Below are positions 61,401 to 64,000 of a stretch of 64,000 nucleotides of DNA, one piece after another. Each line of letters begins with the position of its first letter. Positions within the stretch are counted from its first letter, which is position 1. The notes under the pieces were generated by a model, which saw nothing but the letters and a program-made list of their open reading frames with translations, was not told where the DNA came from and ran no database searches. Where the stretch lies: the NCBI RefSeq assembly GCF_044324785.1, contig NZ_CP172127.1. One strand, 5' to 3'. The stretch is from Escherichia coli. GTDB lineage: Bacteria > Pseudomonadota > Gammaproteobacteria > Enterobacterales > Enterobacteriaceae. The position numbers and the translations under genes were made by a program.

Positions 61401-61742
61401 ATGTTTTCTCTTCCCGCATTTCCCCGGCGTGCCGCTGCCCTGGCAGGTACTACCGGGATGATGCTTCTTGCCATTGTGGCTGTGCCGGTTCAGGCCGCCG
61501 AAAAGGATGAGCTGGCAACGGCCATGCGCCAGCTTGACCAGGTACGGGCGGCGCTTGACCGTGCCAGAACGGCATCCCTTCAGGCCACGCCTCATGACGG
61601 GCGTTATTTCTTCGACTACCCGCGCGCACAGGCTGACATTCAGACCATGCAGGCGGGTATTGACCGTTATCTCACGCCGTCCCGTGCCCAGCCCCGAAAC
61701 GGCAGTGCCGTGACCGGTGAATACCGGCGGGAGCGTCCCTGA
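61401..61742 (+). CDS. ICE protein, RAQPRD family
   Basis: Signal peptide then motif SRAQPRN near the C-terminus matching the RAQPRD signature; RBS GGAGG. Confidence 0.7.
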   Translation: MFSLPAFPRRAAALAGTTGMMLLAIVAVPVQAAEKDELATAMRQLDQVRAALDRARTASLQATPHDGRYFFDYPRAQADIQTMQAGIDRYLTPSRAQPRNGSAVTGEYRRERP

Positions 61743-61984
61743 TGGCGCTGACGTCGGCACAGATCACGGCCTTTAAGGTGGCATCCGGTGATGTGGATCT
61801 GAATGTGGTGCATCTGACATCGGTGGGAATGCTGGTTGCCGTTCTCTTTCTCTGGGCCGCCTGGGGACTGTCGGATGCATGGTCCGGGTGGCGTAACGGT
61901 GACGTCAGGGAATCTGCGTTTATCTGGTTTACCGTCCGTACCGCACTGCTGCTTGTCAGCAGTATCTGGATGTTTGCGGGCTGA
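61742..61984 (+). CDS. Small ICE membrane protein
   Basis: 80 aa, two hydrophobic helices; start overlaps upstream stop (TGATG). Confidence 0.55.
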   Translation: MALTSAQITAFKVASGDVDLNVVHLTSVGMLVAVLFLWAAWGLSDAWSGWRNGDVRESAFIWFTVRTALLLVSSIWMFAG

Positions 61985-62011
61985 TTTTCCGTTTTCTTTA
62001 AGGAGACATAT

Positions 62012-62377
62012 ATGTTTAAAAACGCTTTTACTTTCCGTCACCTGCGTCTGGCGGGAATGGGGCTGATTGCTTTTCTGCTGGGCAGTCTGACCCCGGCACT
62101 GGCCGATTTGCCCAAAATTGAGCCGCCATCATCCGGTGGGGGTGGTGGTTTTTTTAATCAACTCAAAGGCTATATCCAGGATGGCATTGTGCTGTTTGGT
62201 CTGGTAGTTGCAGCGGCGGCCTTTGTGAAGGTGGCGGAGGCTGCCGTTACCACTTTTTCTGAGGTGCGTGACGGCAAGACGGGCTGGGGACAGTTCGGGG
62301 CCATTATCGTGGTCGGGGTGGTGCTGCTGGTTGCGGTTATCTGGCTGCTCGGCAAATCCGCGAACATCATCCTGTAA
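62012..62377 (+). CDS. Conjugative pilin-like membrane protein (VirB2-like)
   Basis: 121 aa; signal peptide, Gly-rich linker, two hydrophobic helices; RBS AAGGAG. Confidence 0.55.
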   Translation: MFKNAFTFRHLRLAGMGLIAFLLGSLTPALADLPKIEPPSSGGGGGFFNQLKGYIQDGIVLFGLVVAAAAFVKVAEAAVTTFSEVRDGKTGWGQFGAIIVVGVVLLVAVIWLLGKSANIIL

Positions 62378-62396
62378 TCCACCAGGAGGGCTGTTT

Positions 62397-62762
62397 ATGG
62401 AAACCATTCGTTTTCTGCCCGATCGTCTGAATGCCGAACCGACGGTGTTCCGGGGATTCACCACGCCAGAGCTGGGTCTGGCCGCACTGAGCGGTGTCTT
62501 TCTCGGTCTTCTCTGGACACTGCCACTGATACCGCTGTTCGGCTGGGTGATTATTCCCACCGGTGCCCTGCTCACTCCACTGCTTCTGGTCTGGACCGGC
62601 GGCGTGTGGATCACCCGGCTGAAACGGGGCAAACCGGATAACTGGCTCTGGCAGCGTATTGAAGAGAAAAAAGCGGCGCTGGGTGTGGGGCGCCCTGCAT
62701 TTATCAGGGAAGCACAGGGCTGGTCCCTGCGTCGTTCCCGCGTCAGGGGAGGAAAAGGATGA
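62397..62762 (+). CDS. Small T4SS membrane protein (VirB3-like)
   Basis: 121 aa; RBS AGGAGG; two TM helices. Confidence 0.55.
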   Translation: METIRFLPDRLNAEPTVFRGFTTPELGLAALSGVFLGLLWTLPLIPLFGWVIIPTGALLTPLLLVWTGGVWITRLKRGKPDNWLWQRIEEKKAALGVGRPAFIREAQGWSLRRSRVRGGKG

Positions 62763-63406
62763 GTCGTTTTCGTCATGCCCTGCAGGATCGTGACCAGCAT
62801 ATTCTGACGCTTCGTGTGTTCAGTGGTGTGCTGGCGGGGCTGCTTCTGATGGTCACCCTCGGCTGGATGTCTGCACCTGACCGGCTGACCATCCATAATC
62901 CACCTGATTTACGTTCCGGCAGTACCCGTCCGTGGTGGGAGGTTCCGCCTTCCACTGTCTATTCCTTTGCGTATTACATTTTCCAGCAACTGAATGCCTG
63001 GCCGAAAAACGGTGAGGTGGATTATCCGGCAAAAATTCATGCCCTGTCGGCCTATCTGACACCGTCGTGCCGGGAAATCCTTGAAACGGATGCACGACGC
63101 CGTAAGGACGCGGGGGAACTGCTGGATCGTGTTCGTGTGGTGTATGAGATCCCTGAGCACGGTTACGGCGGACGTTACAACCGTAATCCGGTCACGGTGG
63201 AAGGCCGGGACAACTGGCAGGTTCGTCTCGACCTGGTGGTGGATGAGTATTTTCATGCTGAGCCGGTCAAACGGGCGCTGGTCCGCTATCCGATGAAGGT
63301 GGTGCGTATGGAGGGCGATCCGGAACTTAATCCGTTTGCTCTGGCGCTGGACTGTTACAGCTCCACGCCGCAGCGTCTGGAAGCCGTGAAGGGAGGTGGT
63401 GAATGA
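62759..63406 (+). CDS. Conserved ICE T4SS protein (N-terminal TM anchor)
   Basis: 215 aa; translationally coupled. Confidence 0.55.
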   Translation: MSRFRHALQDRDQHILTLRVFSGVLAGLLLMVTLGWMSAPDRLTIHNPPDLRSGSTRPWWEVPPSTVYSFAYYIFQQLNAWPKNGEVDYPAKIHALSAYLTPSCREILETDARRRKDAGELLDRVRVVYEIPEHGYGGRYNRNPVTVEGRDNWQVRLDLVVDEYFHAEPVKRALVRYPMKVVRMEGDPELNPFALALDCYSSTPQRLEAVKGGGE

Positions 63407-64000
63407 GAACCTGTGTACTGCGCAACCTGCTGCGTCCTGCCGCTGTGATGTTGTCGCTGTCAGTGATGTCCCTGACGGCGCAGGCAGATGAACTGATGAA
63501 GTGGGAGCGTATTCCGCTGGATGTCCCGCTGATGGTGGGGCAGGAGCGGGTCATTTTTGCCGATAAAAACGTGAGGGTGGGCTTTCCGCCGGCACTGAAC
63601 GGCAGGCTGCGGGTGCAGAGCACCGGCGGTGCCGTTTACCTGAAAGCGGACAGCGCGTTTCCGAAAACGCGGATCCAGCTGCAGGATGTGGAAAGCGGGG
63701 AGATGATCCTGCTGGATGTGACGGCCGCAGAAAAGGGGCCCACTGAGCCTGTCCGGATTGTGTATGACGGGGAGGTGAACACGGTGAGCCGTGCCGGCGG
63801 CAGCGCTCCGGAGAGCGCGAAGGCGGGCAGCAGTGACGGACGTCCCGGGAAAGTCGGTGCGGATGACGGCACGCAGGCCCGCCGGACCGCCCCCCGTTAT
63901 GACGAGCCCTTGCCGGTTCTGCTGACCCGGTATGCGGCACAGTCCCTGTATGCTCCGCTGCGCACCCTTGAACCGGTTGCGGGGATCAGACCGGTGGTGC
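63403..64000 (+). CDS. Conserved ICE T4SS periplasmic protein (partial; runs off window)
   Basis: RBS GGGAGGTGG before ATG 63403; signal peptide; frame stays open to the window end. Confidence 0.55.
   Translation, partial: MRTCVLRNLLRPAAVMLSLSVMSLTAQADELMKWERIPLDVPLMVGQERVIFADKNVRVGFPPALNGRLRVQSTGGAVYLKADSAFPKTRIQLQDVESGEMILLDVTAAEKGPTEPVRIVYDGEVNTVSRAGGSAPESAKAGSSDGRPGKVGADDGTQARRTAPRYDEPLPVLLTRYAAQSLYAPLRTLEPVAGIRPVV

Larger units (their letters stand above)
35731..64000 (+). mobile_element. Integrative conjugative element of the PAPI-1/pKLC102/SPI-7 family (leading part; continues beyond window)
   Basis: Collinear backbone parA, dnaB-like, parB-like, topB, ssb, pilL-like lipoprotein, SLT, traD, RAQPRD protein, all on one strand, starting at the tRNA-Phe repeat. 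Confidence 0.8.

Noticed and set aside
62129-62896. 255-aa minus-strand ORF
   Set aside because: Antisense to translationally coupled T4SS membrane-protein genes with good RBSs; Arg/Pro-rich low-complexity translation.

Overview
The window reads as an enterobacterial chromosome segment (most likely Escherichia coli or a close relative: IS1, IS2-like and IS66 copies, a UgpB-like protein, and a 50-nt block identical to the 3' end of E. coli tRNA-Phe as I recall it). All calls are from reading the sequence and ORF translations; no database search or computation was run, so family assignments rest on remembered motifs. Three blocks are visible. (1) 1-6.8 kb: a LacI-family regulator divergent from an ascorbate-type PTS (IIA, IIB, IIC) fused to a split transketolase. 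(2) About 6.9-35.7 kb: a mosaic, IS-riddled genomic island with a YadA-like trimeric autotransporter, an HTH regulator, a MliC/PliC-like lysozyme inhibitor, a NanE/PTS-EIICB/RpiR sugar module, a secreted phytase-like protein, an orphan ugpB, a MazF/PemK-like toxin pseudogene, a ChuA-family TonB-dependent receptor with a DUF4198-like partner, a 1165-aa AT-rich classical autotransporter, IS66/IS3/IS1/IS2/IS110 copies and debris, and a P4-type integrase next to the tRNA-Phe 3' fragment. (3) 35.7-64 kb (runs off the window): the leading part of a PAPI-1/pKLC102/SPI-7-family integrative conjugative element, with ParA, DnaB-like helicase, ParB-like protein, an operon of small unknown genes with an HNH endonuclease, a putative replication protein, topoisomerase III, SSB, an Rpn-family nuclease, and the start of a GI-type type IV secretion cluster (PilL-like lipoprotein, lytic transglycosylase, TraD coupling protein, RAQPRD protein). 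The most striking unexplained structure is an array of about 23 tandem 36-bp repeats (46008-46846), each with a 15-bp palindrome, directly after the putative replication gene. Other candidates for undescribed function are the small-gene operon at 42.0-44.5 kb, a membrane-anchored Mrr-like nuclease inside the conjugation operon, and the tandem-island junction at the tRNA-Phe fragment.
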